Source: an uncultured Phycisphaeraceae bacterium
GTDB taxonomy: Bacteria > Planctomycetota > Phycisphaerae > WQYP01
Direction of reading: 5' to 3'
DNA length: 64,000 bases
Assembly: GCA_964610975.1 (NCBI GenBank)
Contig: CAZSYN010000013.1
Span: forward strand, 1 to 64,000
Positions 1 through 7,707 of this stretch are shown here, piece by piece. The position numbers and the translations under genes were made by a program. The stretch's first letter is position 1, and every line of letters begins with the position of its first letter. The notes beneath the pieces are model-generated. The model did not search any database. It was not told where the DNA came from and saw only the letters and a program-made list of their open reading frames with translations.

Positions 1-53
1 CACGCCACACGCCACACGCCACACGCCACACGCCACACGCCACACGCCACACG
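1..53. repeat. Heptanucleotide tandem repeat (CACGCCA)n, ~7.5 copies, truncated by window edge; followed by AACGA-periodic tract to ~95
   Basis: Direct reading: cacgcca repeated head-to-tail from position 1 to 53, then ataaACGAccaACGAtgaACGAtcaACGA. Confidence 0.9.
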
Positions 54-75
54 ATAAACGACCAACGATGAACGA

Positions 76-975
76 TCAACGACTTACTCCCCCGCACTGC
101 GCCTCAAGCAATTTGTCGTAGGCTTCGCGCAGGCGCTGCGTGAGTGCGCCGGGTTTTTCGTCGCCGATGATGTGGCGCTCAACGCGCACCACCGGCATGA
201 TGCCCATAATGGCATTGGTGATAAAGGCTTCTTTGGCGGCCAGCAGATCATCAATGCGGATCATGCGCTCATGCGGAAGAACCTGCATGTCGCGGGCCAG
301 CTCAAGCACAACTTTGCGCGTGATGCCCGGCAGGCACAGGCGCTGATCAGGCCGATCCGGCAATGCCAGCGGCGTCGTAACAAGGATGCCTTCTTTATCC
401 ACGATAAAAATGTTTGAGATTGATCCCTCGGCCAGCGTGTCATTGTTTGGCGTAAACCAAAGCGCCTCGCCGGCGTGATTCTGCTGGGCATTTTTCAGGG
501 CCAACAGGCGATCAAGATAACTGGTGGTTTTGTGCCCGGTCGTCGGGCTAAAAAGATTCTGCTTATATGCGCTGATCATCACCGACATTCCCTTGCCGTA
601 AAGCTCAGGCGGATATGCCGTAAACGGCGCAGCCGTGATCAGCAGCGTCACATCCGGCGTGGGATTTTCCGCACTGATCGCAGAAAGATCGCCACGCGTC
701 AGCGTCATGCGCACGCGCGCATCAATAAGATTGTTGACCTCAAGAAGATCCTGAACCAGATCGCACAATTGCGACTCCGTCAGGCTGAAATTCAGATCAA
801 GTTCGCGGGCGCTTTCGGTCATGCGCGCCAGATGGTCGGCCGCGCGAAAAATACGCCCGTGCCGCACGCGCATTGTCTCAAAAAGCCCCGCCCCATGCAG
901 AAACCCCGCATCAGAAGCGGAAATTTGCGCGGCATCCGCCGGCGTCAACTGGCCATTGAGAGAAACGTAGTCCAT
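76..975 (-). CDS. Class IV (fold type IV) aminotransferase, branched-chain amino acid aminotransferase / aminodeoxychorismate lyase family
   Basis: ORF 76..1041; the first ATG gives MDYVSLNGQL. Length ~300 aa and overall similarity pattern match IlvE/PabC-like PLP enzymes. The upstream in-frame extension is probably non-ATG read-through. Confidence 0.7.
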   Translation of the reverse strand: MDYVSLNGQLTPADAAQISASDAGFLHGAGLFETMRVRHGRIFRAADHLARMTESARELDLNFSLTESQLCDLVQDLLEVNNLIDARVRMTLTRGDLSAISAENPTPDVTLLITAAPFTAYPPELYGKGMSVMISAYKQNLFSPTTGHKTTSYLDRLLALKNAQQNHAGEALWFTPNNDTLAEGSISNIFIVDKEGILVTTPLALPDRPDQRLCLPGITRKVVLELARDMQVLPHERMIRIDDLLAAKEAFITNAIMGIMPVVRVERHIIGDEKPGALTQRLREAYDKLLEAQCGGVSR

Positions 976-1005
976 GCGTGATCCATTAAAAAAGGAAGAT
1001 AACAA

Positions 1006-1100
1006 AAAAACGCGAAAGCCGAACCGCCAAACGCGAAACAATAGAAGGATGTTCCCCTATTCGTATCATTTCGCGTTTTGCGTTCCGAGTTTCGCGTTTT
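1006..1100. repeat. Palindromic intergenic element built from ACGCGAAA units (family copy 1 of 3)
   Basis: Left arm AAAAACGCGAAAGCCGAACCGCCAAACGCGAAAC is nearly the reverse complement of right arm TTTCGCGTTTTGCGTTCCGAGTTTCGCGTTTT. The same architecture recurs at 29972..30062 and 58827..58914. Confidence 0.75.
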
Positions 1101-1112
1101 GCTCAATGCTCT

Positions 1113-1580
1113 TTATTCTTTCACCACGATACCTGTGATCTTCGGCGGATTCGTCGGGCGATCGCTGGCATCCGTCGGCAGGCTTGCGATTTTATCCACA
1201 ACCTCAATGCCTTTGGTCACAATGCCGAAAGCCGAGTACTGGCCGTCAAGATGCGGCGAATCCTGATGCATGATAAAGAACTGAGAACCGGCCGAATCCG
1301 GATTGCTTGAGCGCGCCATTGACAGTACGCCGCGGACATGCCGGCGATCAGGACGACGATTGAACTCCGCCTTGATCGTATATCCCGGGCCGCCGGTGCC
1401 GGTGCCGTGCGGGCAGCCGCCCTGAATCATAAATCCCGCAATGACGCGGTGAAAAATCAGTCCGTTATAAAAACCCTTTTTGGCCAGGTCGGTAAAGTTT
1501 TTGACGTGGCCGGGAGCGACGTCACTCCAAAATTCAACTTCAATGTCGCCCAGGGTCGTCTGAATCGTTGCCGTTGCCAT
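1113..1580 (-). CDS. ppiB: Peptidyl-prolyl cis-trans isomerase, cyclophilin type
   Basis: 155 aa. Cyclophilin signature stretches HRVIAGFMIQGGCP and QFFIMHQDSPHLDGQYSAFG; ATG at 1578-1580. Confidence 0.9.
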   Translation of the reverse strand: MATATIQTTLGDIEVEFWSDVAPGHVKNFTDLAKKGFYNGLIFHRVIAGFMIQGGCPHGTGTGGPGYTIKAEFNRRPDRRHVRGVLSMARSSNPDSAGSQFFIMHQDSPHLDGQYSAFGIVTKGIEVVDKIASLPTDASDRPTNPPKITGIVVKE

Positions 1581-1877
1581 AATCTCTCCTTTGTTTGGGT
1601 AAATTTCAGTAGAGGGGAAGAATTATAGCCGCACACCGCTCCGATGACAGGGTTTATCATGTATTTTTGATCAGATTGATGCCCCGGGCAGTTGACCGCC
1701 CATGCAGTGCCGGTAAGATGCCGTATCATAGCAAATGCGAGCGGCTACCGGCTGATGGCTGTCGGCGGCGGAGCTTGCTTTGATCAAGGCCTTGTGCGGT
1801 AATGGCAGGTTACCGGAACAGTTCATCAACAGGGCCCAGCAAATCATTTGCCCAAAATGGGCCCGAAGGAGCAAAAA

Positions 1878-3017
1878 ATGAGGCAAAATTTCCACTGGTT
1901 TGGCGCGGTTATGCATCGGGCCCTCTTTGGCACGCTGGCGGCCAGCATGCTGCTGGCCATCGGCGCCTGTGCGCCTAAATCCGCGCCCGAAGCACCGGTC
2001 ATCACTTTTCAGCAGCAGCAGGAAGGCGGCCTGCGCACCCAGTGGCAATACTCAATCGGACTTGCCCCGGGCGAAAAAGTTATTCATCTCTGGCGCGTGG
2101 GCGATGCGCTCTACGCATATACCAGTCAATGTCAGCTTCATAGCCTCAATGCCGCCAGCGGCACAAAGAACTGGTCGCTTGATTTTGGACCGATTCAGAC
2201 AGACATCTTTGCCCCTATTGAGATGGGCGACAACAAACCGCTTATGGTCGTCAGCCGCTCAACCGTGTATTACGTGGACAAAGTACATGGCGTGTTTGTC
2301 AACCGCGCCAAACTCGCTGATGCCGCGGCAAGCCAGCCTGTCATTACCGGCGAAAATCTGCTCTACGGCTCGGCAGGTTATCTTTATGGCACTTATGTTA
2401 TTGACCCAGGCTCCCGCGACTGGACCATTCGCGCGGCCGATGACATCTTTATTGCACCATTGCTGAAAGTTGACAACAGCCATGTCGTGGCCGTGACGCA
2501 TAACGGCTATGTGCGGGCCATTCAGCCGTCAAATGGACTTGAACACTGGGCCATCCGCAAAGTGAACGGCAAGGTCACGGTTCAGCCGGGACTTTCGCCG
2601 GATAAAAAAGTGCTGGTGGTTGTGGCTGATGACAAAAAAGCTTACGCCTTTGGTTATCACAATGGCAATGAACTCTGGGATGCGCGTCTTAACGGCACGC
2701 TGAATCAGTCGCCGGTATTCGCCGGCGGTAAAGTGCTCGTCGCATGCCAGGGCGAAGGCCTCTTTGCCCTGAACCAGGAAATCGGCACCACAACGTGGAA
2801 AACACCCGGCATCAGTCAGGTTGTGACGGTGAATGATGAAGAAGTAATCGTCGTTACGGATGCCGGCGATCTGGCCCGAATCAAGACGGATACCGGCGCC
2901 ATCATCGCAACCACGCATCTTTCCGGATCAGGCGGCATATTCCTGACCAGCACAACTGAGCAGACCGTTTACCTCAGCACTCAGGACGGCAAACTAGCTG
3001 CCATCGTGCGCGAGTAA
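1878..3017 (+). CDS. PQQ-like beta-propeller repeat lipoprotein (BamB-like outer membrane assembly factor family)
   Basis: AGGAG Shine-Dalgarno 6 nt before ATG 1878; lipobox LAIGAC; repeated NGxxxWA/hNxxxGxxxW propeller-type repeats. The six-frame ORF starts further upstream at a TTG. Confidence 0.55.
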   Translation: MRQNFHWFGAVMHRALFGTLAASMLLAIGACAPKSAPEAPVITFQQQQEGGLRTQWQYSIGLAPGEKVIHLWRVGDALYAYTSQCQLHSLNAASGTKNWSLDFGPIQTDIFAPIEMGDNKPLMVVSRSTVYYVDKVHGVFVNRAKLADAAASQPVITGENLLYGSAGYLYGTYVIDPGSRDWTIRAADDIFIAPLLKVDNSHVVAVTHNGYVRAIQPSNGLEHWAIRKVNGKVTVQPGLSPDKKVLVVVADDKKAYAFGYHNGNELWDARLNGTLNQSPVFAGGKVLVACQGEGLFALNQEIGTTTWKTPGISQVVTVNDEEVIVVTDAGDLARIKTDTGAIIATTHLSGSGGIFLTSTTEQTVYLSTQDGKLAAIVRE

Positions 3018-3046
3018 ACAACGGACTGATCGCAACAGATCAACCA

Positions 3047-3080
3047 ACAGGGGCGGTTTTTAAGCCGCCCCTGTTTTTTT
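3047..3080. terminator. Rho-independent terminator hairpin (CAGGGGCGG/CCGCCCCTG) plus T7, between convergent genes
   Basis: Stem 3048-3056 / 3064-3073, followed by ttttttt 3074-3080; A-rich on the other side, so it can serve both converging transcripts. Confidence 0.8.
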
Positions 3081-3119
3081 ATACCTGCTTTTTATGCATG
3101 CGGAAAAATCACGAAAATA

Positions 3120-5429
3120 TCACTGCGCCCCGGGCAGTTGTTTGTGCGCCCATGAATGTGGCGGCACAATAAAGCTGCCGATCTCCCGGCCGCCGACACT
3201 GACGTGGCACGTTTGCTGGGTATCCGCGGGATTAAATGCGATGCAGTATATCGCGCCGTCCGCGTTACGATACGCACTGCTGATGGGCATGCTCGCAAGC
3301 ACATCGCGCGCAAGCTTGCCGAGTGCCTGATTGGCATACGCATAGTAGTAAGTCAGCAGGCATTCGCTGGGCGCTTTGGCAAGGCCGGTATTTGTGGCAA
3401 AATACTGATCAAGCGTTTTTATGGCAAAGTCCGGATCATACATGCCCGCGTATGCCAGAATGATATTGCCCCAGTCATTGCCGAATGTTGCCAGATCCTT
3501 ATTACCAGACTCACGCATGAGCGTGGCATAATCATTGGCGGCCGCTTTGGGGTCTTCCGCCAGGTAATTAAGCGTCGGGCTGATCGGCAGCCACTGTATG
3601 CCGTAAATATGATGCGGCGCGCCGCTGAAAAACGTGCCGTACATAAGGCCGCCGCTCCAGACGACGCCGACAATCGGGTGCTTAAAGATCGGCGGGATAT
3701 TCTGATGATCGCGATCAAACCAATACTCAAGCGCCGCGCGGCTTTCGGACATAAACCCAAAAGCGCCCGCATCGCGCATGGCGTCATCCCTCAGCAGGCA
3801 ACCCAGCAGAAAAACCCCCGCCCATGACTGCGTGGCTTCTGAAGTTGATTCCTGATTATTACCGTTTGGCGAGGCCGTGCCGCCGGCAAAACTGTGGCCA
3901 AGCCAGGGATCAAAAGTCCGCATGAACGGAAAATTCTGGTCGCTGCGATCCCAGTTGGCATACTGCTTGGCCACAAGCTTGAGCATCGGCCCGTAATCCG
4001 CCAGAAATTGCGGATCAAGCATGCCGACCATTGCGCCGGAAAACGTAAAGTATCCGTAATGAAAATGATTGTCGGTAAATTCTTCAGAACCGTAACTTGG
4101 CTTAAAACCGACCAGCGCGCGCCAACGCGGATAGCGCGCAAAATAATGTTCCTGCTCGCCGGGCGTATACGTCAGCCAGTCGGCCAGTGATTCTTTGGCC
4201 TGTTTGAGGAAACCATCGCGCGTAGGATCATTCAAAGTATCCGCAATCAATGCATTTTTAGCATAATTCAGAAAATCCTTGGCGCCCCAGTACGTATCAG
4301 CGCCATAATTTTTGTGATGATCCGCATAATCCTTGAGCATAAGCGATAAACGCTGGCGATTTGGCGTGGCGTTTGGCAGCATCGGCAGATGCGGGACCAT
4401 GCCGTTAAATTGATACGTAAATTCAAAATCATTCCCGGCCGCCACACGCATTTTGCCGCGCGGCGTTGCGTAATCATAAGCCTCAAATTTCGGTCCGCTG
4501 AGTGTGCGCTTATAGGTATGCGGCAAAAATCCCTGCAAAACCTGCGTACTGGCCCTGCCGTTTAAGCTTTCTGTCGTGATGTGCCAGGTCGTTTTGATTT
4601 CTGATTTTTCGGGTGAGTATGCCCAATCAACCTGCGTTTTGCGCGGTATGGCGTAAGCATATTGGCCAAAAGTGCGAAGTTCCTCGCGCTTTGGCAGCGC
4701 CGCCAAAACCAGGTATCGCTTGCCGGCGCCAAATTGAATCTCAACAGCGCCGTTGACAAAATTCACACTCGCCCCGGCCGGCAGATAAATGCCATACCAG
4801 CGCCCTTTGTAGGAAAGCGCCGCCGAATCCGTCATTTTTTGTGTCATGATGCGCGCGCCGGCGCCATCAAAAAGCAGTGACTGCGCATCACACTTCAGTC
4901 GCGGATTGATATTGCCGGAAAACTCGGCCCACATCAACGGCATGCCGTGCGCAAGCGTAATATCCGCGCCGCGCTGATCCTGCATCACGCGCACCTGAAC
5001 ATGCCAATCAGACCAGTCGCGCGCGATGGCCGTGTTGGCGCGCACGCCGGGCATCTCAAGATGCACCGGATCATAAAGCTGCATATCCTGGCCGGCCCAG
5101 ACCGTGGTAAACCAAAAATCCGCGCCATCCGCCTGCGCACGCACAGTGATCGGATACGCCCATAAGTTGGCGTTAAACGGCTCAATGTTCAAAAACGACC
5201 ACCAATGATTGCTCGGGATCGGCCGGCTGCCGACGCCTTCGCAATTGATCGCGCGCGCCTCAAACTTGGCCGCGTTTGGCCCGGCCTCGGGCGGCGGAAA
5301 TTCAGCATAGCTCCCCGCGCCGACCTTAACCGGCTGCGGACCGGCCAATGCCAATCCGCCCAAAAGAGCAAAGGAGAACGCCCACACGCCAAGCGCCACG
5401 CATCCTTTGTGCATCATGATTCTCCGCAT
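3120..5429 (-). CDS. Glycoside hydrolase family 81 endo-beta-1,3-glucanase (laminarinase-like), secreted
   Basis: ~770 aa. Contains DNHFHYGYF and ESTSEATQSW blocks, matching the conserved GH81 catalytic-region motifs (DxHFHYGY ... E-S-x-S-E). Signal peptide MRRIMMHKGCVALGVWAFSFALLGG from the first true ATG; the ORF-track M1 is a TTG. Confidence 0.7.
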   Translation of the reverse strand: MRRIMMHKGCVALGVWAFSFALLGGLALAGPQPVKVGAGSYAEFPPPEAGPNAAKFEARAINCEGVGSRPIPSNHWWSFLNIEPFNANLWAYPITVRAQADGADFWFTTVWAGQDMQLYDPVHLEMPGVRANTAIARDWSDWHVQVRVMQDQRGADITLAHGMPLMWAEFSGNINPRLKCDAQSLLFDGAGARIMTQKMTDSAALSYKGRWYGIYLPAGASVNFVNGAVEIQFGAGKRYLVLAALPKREELRTFGQYAYAIPRKTQVDWAYSPEKSEIKTTWHITTESLNGRASTQVLQGFLPHTYKRTLSGPKFEAYDYATPRGKMRVAAGNDFEFTYQFNGMVPHLPMLPNATPNRQRLSLMLKDYADHHKNYGADTYWGAKDFLNYAKNALIADTLNDPTRDGFLKQAKESLADWLTYTPGEQEHYFARYPRWRALVGFKPSYGSEEFTDNHFHYGYFTFSGAMVGMLDPQFLADYGPMLKLVAKQYANWDRSDQNFPFMRTFDPWLGHSFAGGTASPNGNNQESTSEATQSWAGVFLLGCLLRDDAMRDAGAFGFMSESRAALEYWFDRDHQNIPPIFKHPIVGVVWSGGLMYGTFFSGAPHHIYGIQWLPISPTLNYLAEDPKAAANDYATLMRESGNKDLATFGNDWGNIILAYAGMYDPDFAIKTLDQYFATNTGLAKAPSECLLTYYYAYANQALGKLARDVLASMPISSAYRNADGAIYCIAFNPADTQQTCHVSVGGREIGSFIVPPHSWAHKQLPGAQ

Positions 5430-5534
5430 GATTATTGTGCCATGAATCAAAAAGAGGCGGCCGGTCAGCCGCCTCTCAAGTATGATGAACCAATATCAAA
5501 AAGCCAGAAATTCCGCTCGCCAAGCCGCTGCCTT

Positions 5535-6764
5535 TTACCGGCGACGCCGCGCGATCAATCCGCCGGCCGCCAGCGCCAGAATACTCACTGACGCAGGTTC
5601 CGGAACTGTCGCCAGGCTGATGTAGGTGCCGGCGGAATCCGTCACAATCGTAAAGGCCGCCGCATCAATCACGCCATCAAGGCGAACATCACCGGCCGTG
5701 ATGAGGTTTGCCGCCAGCGCCGCGCCAGAACTATCACCCAGGTTATCTTCAAGGAAAATAACGCCGGTTGATCCGCTGGTAAAGTTAATATAGCGCGTCA
5801 AGGGATCAACATTATAAATGCCGCCGCGCCAGTTATCGCCCAGCACAAGATCAATCATGCCGCCGGAAAGATTAATTTGGGTATCCGTGGTATTGGTGCC
5901 GTAACCGGCATTAAACGAAATCAGATTCGCCTTAAGCGTTCCGCCGGTGATCGTCATGTTACTGGTCACATCAATCTCGCCGCCGATGGTCATCGTGCCG
6001 CCGCTGAGCTCAAAAGTGCCGCTTGTCACAGCCGTGCTGGCCGCGATGGTCACATTGCCGCCGGTTTGCTTGATGCTGCCGTTTGCCAATTGAATTGAGT
6101 CGGTATGCAGTGTACCGCCGGTGATATTCAATGCGCCGTTCACATACATCAGCCCGCTGTTACTCAAGCTGCCGGTATTGCTGATGGTCATAACGCCGCT
6201 GAGCAAATTCATCGTTGAGGACGAGACCGTTCCGCCTGATATCACGGCCGTATCCGATACATTCAGGCTGCCTGAGAACGTTGACGTGCCGCCGGTAGAG
6301 CGGAAGGTGCCGCTGCTGACGTTGAGCGTCTGCGTCTTAAACGTTCCGCCGGAAACATTGACGCTTGTTCCGGCCGAACTGCCGAGCTTATCAATAAACA
6401 TCTGCCCGGCCTCGGACGCATCAAATGTCCCCGCGCTGACGTTCAGCGTGCCGCCGCTGTAGACCTTAAGCCAGTTGCCGATGCCGTTGCTCATTTGCGT
6501 CCACGAACCGCCGCTGACTGACAGCGTGCTGCCGTTCTGAACGATAAAGTCTCCGCCCGGCGTATACTGGGCATTGCCCTGCGCAATGGTCACGGCCACT
6601 CCGCTGGCCATATCCGGTACGCCCCCACCGCTCCAGTTGCTGCCTGTTGACCAGTCCGCATCACCGGGCGCCAGGAATGTGACATCGGCCGCAGCCACTC
6701 CCGCCAATGACGATACCGCCACGACCACCGCACTCATCAGATGAATACGATTCATACGCCGCAT
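5535..6764 (-). CDS. PEP-CTERM sorting-domain protein with SGGT-type beta-helix-like repeats
   Basis: C-terminus ATVPEPASVSILALAAGGLIARRRR is a PEP motif plus TM helix plus basic tail. N-terminal signal peptide present. GGAGGAG Shine-Dalgarno 6 nt before ATG (MRRMNRIHL). Many GGT/SGGT/TGGT-containing repeats. Confidence 0.8.
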   Translation of the reverse strand: MRRMNRIHLMSAVVVAVSSLAGVAAADVTFLAPGDADWSTGSNWSGGGVPDMASGVAVTIAQGNAQYTPGGDFIVQNGSTLSVSGGSWTQMSNGIGNWLKVYSGGTLNVSAGTFDASEAGQMFIDKLGSSAGTSVNVSGGTFKTQTLNVSSGTFRSTGGTSTFSGSLNVSDTAVISGGTVSSSTMNLLSGVMTISNTGSLSNSGLMYVNGALNITGGTLHTDSIQLANGSIKQTGGNVTIAASTAVTSGTFELSGGTMTIGGEIDVTSNMTITGGTLKANLISFNAGYGTNTTDTQINLSGGMIDLVLGDNWRGGIYNVDPLTRYINFTSGSTGVIFLEDNLGDSSGAALAANLITAGDVRLDGVIDAAAFTIVTDSAGTYISLATVPEPASVSILALAAGGLIARRRR

Positions 6765-6815
6765 ATCAATCTCCTCCACAATGTATTGTTATGACGGACT
6801 GAAGACATGACTCAA

Positions 6816-6838
6816 GAAACAGATTCAATCACTGTTTC
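6816..6838. promoter_or_regulatory. Inverted repeat GAAACAG-N9-CTGTTTC in promoter of PEP-CTERM gene
   Basis: GAAACAGATTCAATCACTGTTTC lies about 25 bp upstream of the ATG at 6764. Its half-sites match the TGAAACA palindrome at 6938 and 11759. Confidence 0.4.
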
Positions 6839-6936
6839 AATAACAATGTACATCAAGAACCATCATTGTCAAACAAAATGTGCGAATTTCGGCGTTTTTA
6901 ATCGCATCATGCCTACTTATTCGCAAAGAGAGGAGA

Positions 6937-6953
6937 CTGAAACACTGTTTCAC
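6937..6953. promoter_or_regulatory. Palindromic operator candidate CTGAAACA-C-TGTTTCAC (LacI-family type)
   Basis: Perfect inverted repeat TGAAACA/TGTTTCA around a single central base. The same 15-mer palindrome is found in the lacI-GHL6 divergent promoter (11759-11773). Confidence 0.5.
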
Positions 6954-6998
6954 ACATATTCTGGTAAAGTGGGCAAATCAGCCAAAATTGAAACAAAA

Positions 6999-7029
6999 AA
7001 AGAGAGGCGGTGATATACCGCCTCTCTTT
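6999..7029 (-). terminator. Rho-independent terminator for minus-strand gene ending at 7057
   Basis: AAAGAGAGGCGG-TGATATA-CCGCCTCTCTTT perfect 12-bp stem, flanked by an A7 run on the plus strand (T-run on minus). Confidence 0.8.
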
Positions 7030-7056
7030 CAAAATGATTTTGCAATAAATCGCCGC

Positions 7057-7617
7057 TTATTCAAAAGAAACGTCATCCAGATAAAACGTCAACGGCGAAC
7101 CTTGTCCGGCAACCACCCAATAAAGCCCGGTCTTCACGCGCGTCAAATCCTGGCTGCTGACGTCAATTTCGTATGCTTTCCATTCGGCCGTGAGCGTTGC
7201 CTCAATTTCGCCCTTGCCGGAGTCTGAATATTTTTTATCACTGCCGATGAGTCCAAAACCAAACTTCACCTTTTCGCCGCCTTTGTCGCCGCGCGCCCAG
7301 ATCACCAGTTTCTTTGCGCCCGTGAGATCTGCGCCGCCCGGTTGATCGCCCCAGTCATTGGCCGGGCTTTGCCACACCACGCCGGCCCAGTTGTCGCCGG
7401 CTTTATAATCAACCTTCAGGCATGTTTTGCCGGTGTGCGGATTAACGGCGCATTTGTCATCCATTCCGATCGCACCCGTGTTGCCCATCCATCCGGAAGG
7501 GATAAACGGGCTCTTGGCGTCATCACCTACGATCGCATACGGAAGTTTTGCCCCGGCCGCAAATACCGCCGCGCTCATCGCGCACACCACAGCCATACCC
7601 AGAAACCATTTTTTCAT
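7057..7617 (-). CDS. Secreted single-domain protein, standalone paralog of the C-terminal domain of the adjacent glycoside hydrolase (putative carbohydrate-binding module)
   Basis: GAGG Shine-Dalgarno 10 nt before ATG (MKKWFLGMAVVCAMSAAVFAAGA signal peptide). Mature region aligns block by block with the C-terminal ~170 aa of ORF 7708..9567 (PFIPSGWMGN, VVWQSPANDWGD, LTGAKKL, WARG.KGGEK.KFGFGLI, KYSD.GKGE, FYLDD). Confidence 0.65.
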   Translation of the reverse strand: MKKWFLGMAVVCAMSAAVFAAGAKLPYAIVGDDAKSPFIPSGWMGNTGAIGMDDKCAVNPHTGKTCLKVDYKAGDNWAGVVWQSPANDWGDQPGGADLTGAKKLVIWARGDKGGEKVKFGFGLIGSDKKYSDSGKGEIEATLTAEWKAYEIDVSSQDLTRVKTGLYWVVAGQGSPLTFYLDDVSFE

Positions 7618-7707
7618 AGTCATAGTCATCCTCAAGAAAAAGGAGTTATTTTGTATAGTGTGTACTTCAATTTCCACATTATCACATTTTGATATCACCA
7701 CATAACG

